Source of the DNA: an uncultured Planctomycetia bacterium
GTDB taxonomy: Bacteria; Omnitrophota; Gorgyraeia; Duberdicusellales; 4484-171
Reading direction: 5' to 3'
Assembly (NCBI GenBank): GCA_964547735.1
Contig: CAZJOV010000001.1
Location: 5,789-69,788, forward strand
DNA: 64,000 bases
Part shown: positions 10,800-19,374 of the stretch, piece after piece
How positions within the stretch are numbered: the stretch's first letter is position 1
Layout of the letters: each line of letters opens with the position of its first letter
Position numbers and translations under genes: made by a program
Notes under the pieces: model-generated
What the model saw: only the letters and a program-made list of their open reading frames with translations
Told to the model about the DNA's origin: nothing
The model's database searches: none

Positions 10800-11341
10800 T
10801 TTTGACTTAACTCTAAAATTCCTCTTCTTAAATATAATGCTCCTGAAACCAAAGTAAAGAAAGCCGTCAGAAGCCAAAAAATCTTCAAGTATAATAAAGG
10901 AAATAATTTAGAAAGCATAACTAAAATTGTAATCATCTGAAAAAAAGTAGTCAGTTTCCCCCATAATGAAGGAGAAATAGGAACTTCAATTTTTAAAAAG
11001 GTAAGAATAACAATCCCTAAAAGAATTATGAAATCTCTACTTACAACAATAATAACCAACCATAAAGGAGGATAAGGAAACACCTTTAAAAGATAAAGAG
11101 TAATAAAGGCAGTAATAAGAAGTAATTTATCTGCTAAGGGATCAAGAACTACACCAATAGAGCTTTTCTCTTTCTTTATCCGTGCTACTAACCCATCTAA
11201 GAAATCACTTAAAACAGCAAGAACAAATACTCCTATAGCTATCTTCTTAAGAAAAGGAAAAGACTTAGAATAAAGAAGTAAAGAGACAAAGATAGGAACA
11301 AAAATAATCCTTACCAGGGAAAGTTTATCCGCAAAACTCAT
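10796..11341 (-). CDS. pgsA: CDP-diacylglycerol--glycerol-3-phosphate 3-phosphatidyltransferase
   Basis: CDP-alcohol phosphatidyltransferase motif D.LDG..AR.......G...D...DK. Multi-TM protein, 181 aa. Confidence 0.8.
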   Translation of the reverse strand: MSFADKLSLVRIIFVPIFVSLLLYSKSFPFLKKIAIGVFVLAVLSDFLDGLVARIKKEKSSIGVVLDPLADKLLLITAFITLYLLKVFPYPPLWLVIIVVSRDFIILLGIVILTFLKIEVPISPSLWGKLTTFFQMITILVMLSKLFPLLYLKIFWLLTAFFTLVSGALYLRRGILELSQK

Positions 11342-11352
11342 TCTTTTACTAA

Positions 11353-11655
11353 TTACTCCTCTTCCTCCCCAATAGTCTTAAGTTTCGTCCCATCATAGGG
11401 ACAGTATTCTACATCGGAGGTAAACCGACGACCGCATTTAGGGCAGAATTTTGTCTCCATTTTTTCTGCAATTACAGAGCCGGCTACTGCTCCCACTGCC
11501 GCTCCAATTCCTGCTCCCTCGGCGGTGTGTCCTGATTGATGTCCAATAATTGCTCCTAATGTGCCTCCAGCAACCGCTCCGGTAGCTGCACCCCTCTGCA
11601 CGGTAGTACACCCACAAACTAAACCTAAAATAATAATTAAACTTAGGTAACGCAT
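11353..11655 (-). CDS. small lipoprotein with glycine-zipper region and C-terminal C4 zinc ribbon
   Basis: Signal peptide with a Cys-containing lipobox-like LVCGC. A GxxxG-rich segment (GAATGAVAGGTLGAIIGHQSGHTAEGAGIGAAVGAVAGSV) follows. The C-terminal CPKCG...17 aa...CPYDG forms a zinc ribbon. I chose the second ATG as start because AGGAAAGGAGG (a Shine-Dalgarno sequence) lies directly upstream of it. Confidence 0.55.
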   Translation of the reverse strand: MRYLSLIIILGLVCGCTTVQRGAATGAVAGGTLGAIIGHQSGHTAEGAGIGAAVGAVAGSVIAEKMETKFCPKCGRRFTSDVEYCPYDGTKLKTIGEEEE

Positions 11656-11668
11656 TCCGCCTCCTTTC

Positions 11669-12235
11669 CTATTCAATCATTCCTATTCTTTTAGGTGGCC
11701 ACCAAATAAATATAGCCTTTCCAATAATATCTTTCTCATCCACAAACCCCCAACAACGACTATCAAAACTGGAAATACTGTTATCCCCCAAAACAAAATA
11801 CTCTCCTTGAGGAACCACTACATCAGTGTACTTATACTCTCTTCCTTCACTATAATAATAGTGGTTGGCAATATTGGGTTGAGTAATAAGCTTTCCATTA
11901 ACATAAATATTACCATCCTTAATTACAATATGCTCTCCAGGCAATCCAACCAACCGTTTAACATAAGCTTTTCTCCTATCACAAGGAGGAACAAATACAA
12001 TTACCTCTCCTCTTTCTGGCTTTCTTATCCCTGGAATTCTTAAACTAGTAAAAGGAACTTTTGGCCCATAAACTAATTTACTTACAAATATCTTATCTCC
12101 AGGCTTAAGAGTGGGAACCATAGAATTAGTAGGAATTTTATAAATTTGGAAGAAAAAAGTCCTTAAAAATATCGCTAAAGAACCGGCAATAACAATTGAT
12201 TCTATCCATTCTCTTAAAGCACTTTTCTTCTTCAT
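11669..12235 (-). CDS. lepB: signal peptidase I
   Basis: SPase I boxes are present: IPT.SM.PTL..GD (catalytic Ser), K.RL.G.PGE (Lys) and GDN...S.DSR.WG. Confidence 0.9.
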   Translation of the reverse strand: MKKKSALREWIESIVIAGSLAIFLRTFFFQIYKIPTNSMVPTLKPGDKIFVSKLVYGPKVPFTSLRIPGIRKPERGEVIVFVPPCDRRKAYVKRLVGLPGEHIVIKDGNIYVNGKLITQPNIANHYYYSEGREYKYTDVVVPQGEYFVLGDNSISSFDSRCWGFVDEKDIIGKAIFIWWPPKRIGMIE

Positions 12236-14016
12236 TTCTCCATCCTCAATATTTCCAAGAATGCTTCCTTAGGAACGCTTACTTTTCCAATCTGCTTTAA
12301 CTTCTTCTTTCCTTCTTTCTGCTTCTCCCACAGTTTTCTTTTACGGGTGATGTCTCCTCCATAACATTTGGCAGTAACATTTTTTCTTAGAGGAGGAATG
12401 CGCTGGGAAGCAATAATTTTTGAACCAATAGCCGCCTGAATATTTACCTCAAATATCTGGCGAGGAATAATCTTTTTTAACTTTAAAACCGCTTCCTTAG
12501 CTTTCTCATAGGCTTTGTCTTTATGGGTTAAAAAAGAAAAAGCCTCCACAATATCACGGTTGAAAAGAATATCTACCTTCACTATCTCTGTCTTTTTATA
12601 ACCAATAAATTCATAATCTAAAGAGCCGTAACCGCGGGTTACCGACTTTATTTTATCATAAAAATCTACAATAATTTCTGAAAGAGGAAGTTCAAATATA
12701 ATATTCAATCTGTCCTTTCCCAAATAATCCATCTTAACAAAATCTCCTCTTCTTGACTTTGCCAGCTCACAAATCGACTCCATACTATCTAAAGGCGTAA
12801 GAATAGAAACCTTAACAAATGGCTCCTCTATTTCTTCAATAGAATGCGAAGGAGGAAGTCGATGGGGAGTCTCCACATCAAAAATTTTACCATCTTTTGC
12901 CTTTACTCTATATTTAACATTAGGTGAGGTGATAATCAAATTCAGCCCGAATTCGCGTTCTAAACGCTCCTCAGTTATCTCCATATGCAATAATCCTAAA
13001 AAACCACACCTAAATCCATAACCCAAGGAACCCAGGTTATCTGGTTCATAGGAAAAGGAAGGATCCTGAAGATGTAGTTTCTCCAAAGCTTGACGTAAAA
13101 GTTCATAATCCTTAGGAAAATTAGGAAATATCCCGCAAAAAACCATAGGAGGCATCCTTTTATATCCCAAAAGGGGAGTAACCAAGGAATTACAGGATGT
13201 AATCGTATCCGGTATATTTACTTCCTGTGGATGTTTAATATGGCAACATAAATATCCTACCTCTCCAGAAGAAAGAATTTCTTTTTTTACTGGTTGAGGG
13301 GTAAAAACTCCTAATTCTTCTACTTTATAATTTCTCTTGGATTGTAAAAGAACGATTTCATCTCCTGCTCTGATTTCCCCATCAAATACGCGCACAAAAA
13401 GAATAACGCCCTTATAAACATCATAAGTAGAATCAAAGACAAAGGCCTTAAGAGGCCCTTGAAAATTGCCGGAGGGAGAAGGAATCTCTTTTATCATTCT
13501 CTCCAAAAGTTCCTTTACGCCTCTTCCTTCTTTGGCAGACACCAAAGATATCTCCTCTTCTTTAAACCCAAAAATTTCTTTTAATTGAGAGGATGTTCTC
13601 TCAATATCTGCTTGAGGCAAATCAATCTTATTAATTACGGGAAGAATCCTTAAATCACCCTCTAAAGCCAGATAAAAGTTAGCTACCGTCTGCGCCTCTA
13701 CTCCTTGTGTGGCATCAACGAGTAAAATTGCTCCCTCAGTAGCTTTCAAAGATTTTGCCACCTCATAACTAAAATCTACATGCCCGGGAGTATCAATGAG
13801 ATTTAAGATATAATCACCAAAATTCAGCCTTACCGCCTTTGCTTTTATAGTTATCCCTCTTTCTCTTTCTAACTCCATACTGTCTAAAAATTGCTCCCGC
13901 ATCTTCTCTTTTCCTATAGCCTTGGTTAGCTCAAGAATTCTATCCGCTAACGTAGACTTTCCATGGTCAATATGAGCAATGATACAAAAATTTCTTATTC
14001 TTTCTCTTTCTTGCAT
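12232..14016 (-). CDS. lepA: elongation factor 4 (LepA)
   Basis: 594 aa. GTPase motifs (NFCIIAHIDHGKST, DTPGHVDF, NKID) plus the LepA-specific C-terminal domain. Confidence 0.97.
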   Translation of the reverse strand: MQERERIRNFCIIAHIDHGKSTLADRILELTKAIGKEKMREQFLDSMELERERGITIKAKAVRLNFGDYILNLIDTPGHVDFSYEVAKSLKATEGAILLVDATQGVEAQTVANFYLALEGDLRILPVINKIDLPQADIERTSSQLKEIFGFKEEEISLVSAKEGRGVKELLERMIKEIPSPSGNFQGPLKAFVFDSTYDVYKGVILFVRVFDGEIRAGDEIVLLQSKRNYKVEELGVFTPQPVKKEILSSGEVGYLCCHIKHPQEVNIPDTITSCNSLVTPLLGYKRMPPMVFCGIFPNFPKDYELLRQALEKLHLQDPSFSYEPDNLGSLGYGFRCGFLGLLHMEITEERLEREFGLNLIITSPNVKYRVKAKDGKIFDVETPHRLPPSHSIEEIEEPFVKVSILTPLDSMESICELAKSRRGDFVKMDYLGKDRLNIIFELPLSEIIVDFYDKIKSVTRGYGSLDYEFIGYKKTEIVKVDILFNRDIVEAFSFLTHKDKAYEKAKEAVLKLKKIIPRQIFEVNIQAAIGSKIIASQRIPPLRKNVTAKCYGGDITRKRKLWEKQKEGKKKLKQIGKVSVPKEAFLEILRMEK

Positions 14017-14654
14017 ATATAACCAAGAAGTTTTTCTACCACTTCCTCTATAGAAAGATCGGTGGTATCTATATAGATAGCATCCTCGCTCTTTTTAAGT
14101 GGACCTTCTTTTCTTTCTAAATCCGCCCTATCTCTTTTTTTTAAATCTTTTTCTACCTCCTCCAGAGAAATACTAATTTTTTTCTTCTCCAATTCCTTAA
14201 ATCTGCGCTTTAAGCGAACAGAAAACTCGGCATCCAGAAAAAATTTAAACTCTGCCTTAGGAAAAACTACGGTGGTGATATCTCTGCCCTCAACAACAAA
14301 GTCTTTGCCTTGAGCAATCTTTCTTTGCATCTTTACTAAAACCTCTCTTACCTTAGGCTTTTCTGCCACTTTAGAAACAGTTTTATCTATAATCGGCTCT
14401 CTTATCTTTTCAGTAATAACTTCCTCATCCAGAAATATTTTCCCTTTTGAAAAATCAAAATTTAAATTTAAAGTTCTTGCTAACTCCTCCAGACGCTCCT
14501 CATCATCCAAATCTACACTTTCTTTCAATGCCTTATAAGTTAATGCACGATAGGTAGCCCCCGTATCAAGATAAAGAATGCCCAACCTTTGCGCCAGAAG
14601 TTTTGCTACAGTAGTTTTTCCTGAACCTGCTGGTCCATCAATAGCAACAATCAT
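13995..14654 (-). CDS. cmk: cytidylate kinase
   Basis: P-loop IVAIDGPAGSGKTTVAK and the CMP-binding region LDTGA.YR. Length 219 aa. Confidence 0.9.
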   Translation of the reverse strand: MIVAIDGPAGSGKTTVAKLLAQRLGILYLDTGATYRALTYKALKESVDLDDEERLEELARTLNLNFDFSKGKIFLDEEVITEKIREPIIDKTVSKVAEKPKVREVLVKMQRKIAQGKDFVVEGRDITTVVFPKAEFKFFLDAEFSVRLKRRFKELEKKKISISLEEVEKDLKKRDRADLERKEGPLKKSEDAIYIDTTDLSIEEVVEKLLGYICKKEKE

Positions 14655-15478
14655 CTCGGCAAAAACACCTTTTTATTTACTTCCTTAAGCATCCTTATAA
14701 GAACTCTTGAATTATTTGCTTTAAGATTCTTTTTAAATTTTTCCAAAGTTATAACAAATTGATTTATCACTTTTACTAAATTCTTACGGTTAACAAGAAA
14801 AATTTCGCTCCACAAATATATGTTTGATTTTGCCATGCGAGTTAATGCTTTGAAACTTTTAAGATTAAAAGAGAAAAAATCAGAAGGAACCACTTTTACC
14901 AAAGAAAAAGAAAGCAGATGAGGAAAATGAGAAAGGTAAGCCAAAATTTCATCATGCAGATGAGGATTTACAAATACAGTTTTTACCCCCAGCAAATGCC
15001 ACATTCTTTTTATTTTACGAGTGGATTTTTTTTTAAATGAGGAAGTGATAATACACACTTTATCTTTATAAAGCTCAGAGGTGGCAAACTCTGCTCCACT
15101 TTTTTCACTTCCACATAAAGGATGGCAGCCAACAAAGTTTTTGGAATAATTTAATCCTTGTGCTACTTTCTCTATGTTTTCCTTGGTGCTTCCTAAATCA
15201 ACAACGATAGTCTTCTTTTGCACAAATGGCTCTATTTTTAAAAGATACTCTTCAATCTTTTTTACAGGAAGAGCCAAAACCACCAGTTCACTTTCTCTTA
15301 CCAATGTTTTTAAATCCTCGGTTGCCTCATCTACAATTTTAAGTCGTTTAAGTCTTTTATAAGAATTTTTATTTCTTGCAAAACCCACAACCCAAGAGGA
15401 AGGAAACCTTTTTTTATAAGCTAACGAAAAAGACCCCCCCATCAAACCCACACCAATTATTCCCAATCTCTTAAACAT
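14651..15478 (-). CDS. tyrA: prephenate (or arogenate) dehydrogenase
   Basis: Rossmann GIIG.GLMGGS and the catalytic region GCHPL.GSEKSG typical of TyrA. It sits in an aromatic biosynthesis cluster. Confidence 0.8.
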   Translation of the reverse strand: MFKRLGIIGVGLMGGSFSLAYKKRFPSSWVVGFARNKNSYKRLKRLKIVDEATEDLKTLVRESELVVLALPVKKIEEYLLKIEPFVQKKTIVVDLGSTKENIEKVAQGLNYSKNFVGCHPLCGSEKSGAEFATSELYKDKVCIITSSFKKKSTRKIKRMWHLLGVKTVFVNPHLHDEILAYLSHFPHLLSFSLVKVVPSDFFSFNLKSFKALTRMAKSNIYLWSEIFLVNRKNLVKVINQFVITLEKFKKNLKANNSRVLIRMLKEVNKKVFLPR

Positions 15479-16495
15479 CTATATTTTTCTCCCCACTACT
15501 TGAGCAATATCTTTCAAATCCTGCATCAGCAAAGAAAATCTTTCAGGAAGCAGCTGTTGAGGTCCATCACTTAAAGCCTCCTCAGGATTAGGGTGAACTT
15601 CGATTAAAAGACCATCACATCCACAGGCTATGGCTGCCTTAGCTAAAGGAGAAACTAAACCCCATTTTCCTGTAGCATGAGAAGGATCAACGATAATGGG
15701 AAGATGAGATAGTTCTTTTACTAAAGGCACGCAGCTTAAATCCAAAGTATTGCGTGTTGCTTCTTCAAAAGTTCGAATGCCTCTCTCACATAAAATTACA
15801 TTAAAATTTCCTCCCGAAAGAATATACTCTGCACTCATTAAAAACTCTTTAATCGTAGCGCTCAATCCTCGCTTTAAAAGTACAGGTTTCTGGGTTTGCC
15901 CTACTTCTTTAAGGAGATTGAAATTTTGCATATTTCTTGCTCCAATCTGTAAAATATCCGCATAATGAGCCACTAATTCCACATCACGGGGATCCATTAC
16001 TTCAGTAATAGTGGGAATATTCAATTTTGAAGATACTTCTTTCAAAATCTTAAGGCCCTCTTCACCCAATCCCTGAAAACTGTAAGGAGAAGTGCGAGGT
16101 TTAAATGCTCCGCCTCTTAAAATCTTTGCTCCTGCTTCTCTAATTTTTTCTGCTACATTAAAAAGTTGCTCTTCTGATTCTATAGAACAAGGACCGGCAA
16201 TCACTATAATCTCTTCCCCTCCAATCACTACATCTTCTCTTATCTTTATTATTGAATTTTCCTTTTTAAATTCACGAGAAACAAGTCGATAAGGTGCCAA
16301 AACAGGCATTACCTTCTCCACCCCAGGGAATACTTCAAAAGGTTGAATACGGGCAATATCTTCAGGCCCAATAATCCCTACAATCGTTCTTTCCACCCCT
16401 TGAGAAACCATTGGTTTCAGTCCTAATTTCTCAATTCTTTCTACCACGTGTTTAATTTCTTCCGCCGTAGCTTCTTTTTTAAATACGATAATCAT
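15479..16495 (-). CDS. 3-deoxy-7-phosphoheptulonate (DAHP) synthase, type I-beta, with N-terminal ferredoxin-like regulatory domain
   Basis: The core IIAGPCS.ES.EQ......K..GA..LRGGAFKPRTSPYSFQGLGE.GL is the KDO8PS/DAHPS I-beta family. A roughly 65-aa N-terminal extension resembles the feedback-regulatory domain of Thermotoga-type DAHPS. Confidence 0.85.
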   Translation of the reverse strand: MIIVFKKEATAEEIKHVVERIEKLGLKPMVSQGVERTIVGIIGPEDIARIQPFEVFPGVEKVMPVLAPYRLVSREFKKENSIIKIREDVVIGGEEIIVIAGPCSIESEEQLFNVAEKIREAGAKILRGGAFKPRTSPYSFQGLGEEGLKILKEVSSKLNIPTITEVMDPRDVELVAHYADILQIGARNMQNFNLLKEVGQTQKPVLLKRGLSATIKEFLMSAEYILSGGNFNVILCERGIRTFEEATRNTLDLSCVPLVKELSHLPIIVDPSHATGKWGLVSPLAKAAIACGCDGLLIEVHPNPEEALSDGPQQLLPERFSLLMQDLKDIAQVVGRKI

Positions 16496-17591
16496 AAATC
16501 TCCTCCTTCTTCAAATAATTACTTAATTCTCTTATAAACTTAACATTCTCTTTATGCTTTCCTACGGTTACACGAAAAAAATTTTTCAGTCCCCAACTGG
16601 TAAGGGGACGAATAATTATCCCTTTTTTTAAAAAATAACTATTCAATTTATCTACATCTCTTTTAAAATTAACCAAGATAAAATTAGTTACACTTTTGAT
16701 AAATTCCAAATTTAACCTTGCCAATTGTTGGTATAAATACTCTCTCTCTTTTTTTATATAATTACAAACCCTTTTTAAAACTTCTTTATTCTCCAACGCA
16801 ACTAAAGCGGCTCTCTGGGCAATCCTATTTACGTTAAAGGGTTCTCTTACTTTATTCAATATCTCTGCAATCGAAGAAGATGTAATTGCATAACCTATCC
16901 TTAATCCTGCCAATCCATAAGCTTTAGAGAATGTACGGGTAATTATTAAATTTTTTCTCTTTTTCAAAAATTCTAAACTCTTAGGAAAATCTTTTCTATC
17001 TACAAATTCATAATAAGCTTCATCGAAAAATATTAAAACCTGAGAGGGGACTCTATCCAGAAATTCTTCTATCTCTTTATGGGACAGATAGGTTCCACAA
17101 GGATTATCTGGATTAGCAATAAAAATAACCTTTGTATTTTTGGTAATTGCTTTAAGCATTCCCTCCAAATCATAACGGTAGTTTTTAAAAGGAACACGTA
17201 AAACTTTAGCCTGATGAATTTTGGACTGCAACTCATAGATAAGAAAAGTGGGAAACCCCACAATTACTTCCTCGTTTTTTTTTCTTATAAAGCTTCTTAA
17301 CGCCAAAACTACAATCTCATCCGAACCATTCCCAAAAACAATCTGGTCTTCTTTTACCCTAAACTTTTTAGCTATCTTTTTTCTCAAATAAAAACAATTT
17401 CCCTCAGGATAACGATTAATATTTTTAAGCTCTTCTTCTACTGCCTTCTTTATATAAAGAGGAGAAAAAGGAATTTCATTAGAGGCAAGTTTATAAACCT
17501 CTTTTAGTTTTAATTCTCTCTTTAGCTCTTCTGTCGGTTTTCCCGGAATATATCCTTTTATATTCCTTAATGTTTTATCTATCTTTATCAT
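16479..17591 (-). CDS. hisC: histidinol-phosphate / aromatic aminotransferase (HisC family, class II PLP aminotransferase)
   Basis: The N-terminus ....Y.PGKP.EEL.RE.GL...KLASNENP is the HisC signature, with the PLP-lysine region TFSKAYGLAGLR. It is embedded between DAHP synthase and pheA. Confidence 0.85.
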   Translation of the reverse strand: MIKIDKTLRNIKGYIPGKPTEELKRELKLKEVYKLASNEIPFSPLYIKKAVEEELKNINRYPEGNCFYLRKKIAKKFRVKEDQIVFGNGSDEIVVLALRSFIRKKNEEVIVGFPTFLIYELQSKIHQAKVLRVPFKNYRYDLEGMLKAITKNTKVIFIANPDNPCGTYLSHKEIEEFLDRVPSQVLIFFDEAYYEFVDRKDFPKSLEFLKKRKNLIITRTFSKAYGLAGLRIGYAITSSSIAEILNKVREPFNVNRIAQRAALVALENKEVLKRVCNYIKKEREYLYQQLARLNLEFIKSVTNFILVNFKRDVDKLNSYFLKKGIIIRPLTSWGLKNFFRVTVGKHKENVKFIRELSNYLKKEEIYDYRI

Positions 17592-17594
17592 CTA

Positions 17595-18662
17595 TTAACT
17601 CTCTTTAGGATAAGAACCTAAAATTTTGACAAAATTACACCTTTTCTCTAACTCTTTAAGACTTTTTTGGACATTCTCATCAAGTCTGTGCCCTTCAAAA
17701 TCTACAAAGAAATAATACTCCCAGGCTTTTCTTTTGGAAGGACGTGACTCAATTTTGGTAAGGTTTATCTTATATTTTTTAAAAGAATAGAGAGCATCAT
17801 GTAAGGCCCCTACTTTATCTTTTATGGAAAATAAAAGGGATGTCTTATCCTTTCCTGAAGGAGCACTGTCCTTCTTAGCGATTACTAAAAATCGAGTAAG
17901 ATTAAAGTTTACATCCTGAATATTTTTGGCTAAAATCTTCAAGTCATATAAAGAAGATAAAATCCTGCTTCCGATGCAGGCTCCTTCCCTATCCCTTTTT
18001 GCCTTAAGAGCAGCTAAAGCAGTAGAGGCACAAGAGATAAGTTCTATATTTTTCAAATTTCCGCTCAACCATTTTCTACACTGAGCAAAAACTTGAGGAT
18101 GAGAATAGATTCTTTTTACTTTTTTCAAAAAACAGTTGGCTAATAAATCATGGTGAATATCCAAAAGAATCTCCGCACATATCTTAAGAGAAGAATCCAA
18201 AAACATATCTAAAGTATAATTTACCACACCTTCAATGGAATTCTCAATAGGAACTACACCAAAATCAGCATTATCCTTATCCACCATCTCAAATACCTCA
18301 TTTATACTCTCACAGGAACAATATTCCATTTTTTTACCAAATTTTTTTATTGCCGCAAGATGAGTAAATGTTCCCTGCGGTCCAAAATAAACAACCTTAA
18401 GATTTGTCTCTAAGGAACGAAAAACAGAAAAAATCTCTTTAAAAATTAACTCTATATCTGATTCTTTGAGAACAGAAGTGCTAATTTTTTTTAACCTTTC
18501 TAAAATCTTTCTTTCTCTTTCTGGAGAGAATACATCAAGATTTTTTCTTTTCTTTATGACACTAATTCTCTTCACTATCTTTGCTCTCTCCAAAAGAAGC
18601 CTAACAATTTCGTTATCTATCTTATCAATTTTCTTACGTAAAGAGTCAATGGACATCTTCAA
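17595..18662 (-). CDS. pheA: bifunctional chorismate mutase / prephenate dehydratase (P-protein) with C-terminal ACT domain
   Basis: N-terminal AroQ chorismate mutase helix (LR..ID.ID.EIV.LL.ERA), then the PDT domain (GP.GTF), then an ESRP ACT signature (TKIESRPS). Confidence 0.9.
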   Translation of the reverse strand: MKMSIDSLRKKIDKIDNEIVRLLLERAKIVKRISVIKKRKNLDVFSPERERKILERLKKISTSVLKESDIELIFKEIFSVFRSLETNLKVVYFGPQGTFTHLAAIKKFGKKMEYCSCESINEVFEMVDKDNADFGVVPIENSIEGVVNYTLDMFLDSSLKICAEILLDIHHDLLANCFLKKVKRIYSHPQVFAQCRKWLSGNLKNIELISCASTALAALKAKRDREGACIGSRILSSLYDLKILAKNIQDVNFNLTRFLVIAKKDSAPSGKDKTSLLFSIKDKVGALHDALYSFKKYKINLTKIESRPSKRKAWEYYFFVDFEGHRLDENVQKSLKELEKRCNFVKILGSYPKES

Positions 18663-19374
18663 AGATTTTTTTTGCTTCTTTAAGAGAACTTTTTGTTCCT
18701 ATATCCACCCATAGCCCTTCAAAAAGATAACAGAAGACTTTAGTCTTTTTTGCCAGCCATCTAATATAGTCGCCAATCATATCTATATCCTTTTTTTCTT
18801 TAATATATTCATCAATAAACCCTAAACTTTCTTTAGGAAAAAAATAAATACAAGTAGCTACCAGATCCGATACAAACTCTTTTGGTTTTTCTATTAACTC
18901 CTTAACCAAATCTCCTTCTTTTTTTACCACTCCTAACTGCATAGTTTTCTCTTTATCTTTTACTCTATATATCCCAATTACAGGATATGGTCTCTTTCCT
19001 AAAGAAAAACGAATAAATCCATCTAACTCCCAGTTGAAGATATTATCCGAGCCAAGAATAAGCCAGTCATCTTTTACGTGAATAGCAAACTTTATATCTC
19101 CTATTGCTCCTCTTCTTTTTTTCGGTGATGTAGAACCATCATCTAAAATAACGAAGTTATTTCCTTTATTCCATTCTAAAAATTTCTCATAAAATCTATG
19201 ATTGGAAACAATTATTACTTCATCTATTTTAACTTTTTCTTTTAAATTATCAATCTTTTCTACTAAAAAATCCAAAAGACATCTCCCTCCTAAAGATAGT
19301 AATGCTTTGGGGGTAGCTAAAGTGAGAGGATAAAGACGTGTGCCATAACCTGCAGCTAAAATTAAAATTCTCAT
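18646..19374 (-). CDS. sugar-phosphate nucleotidyltransferase (short single-domain NTP_transferase, HddC/MurU/RmlA-like)
   Basis: The N-terminal M.ILILAAGYGTRLYPLT...PKAL is the canonical G-rich sugar-1-P nucleotidyltransferase loop. It is 242 aa with no LbH domain. I cannot tell the substrate. Confidence 0.7.
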   Translation of the reverse strand: MRILILAAGYGTRLYPLTLATPKALLSLGGRCLLDFLVEKIDNLKEKVKIDEVIIVSNHRFYEKFLEWNKGNNFVILDDGSTSPKKRRGAIGDIKFAIHVKDDWLILGSDNIFNWELDGFIRFSLGKRPYPVIGIYRVKDKEKTMQLGVVKKEGDLVKELIEKPKEFVSDLVATCIYFFPKESLGFIDEYIKEKKDIDMIGDYIRWLAKKTKVFCYLFEGLWVDIGTKSSLKEAKKIFEDVH

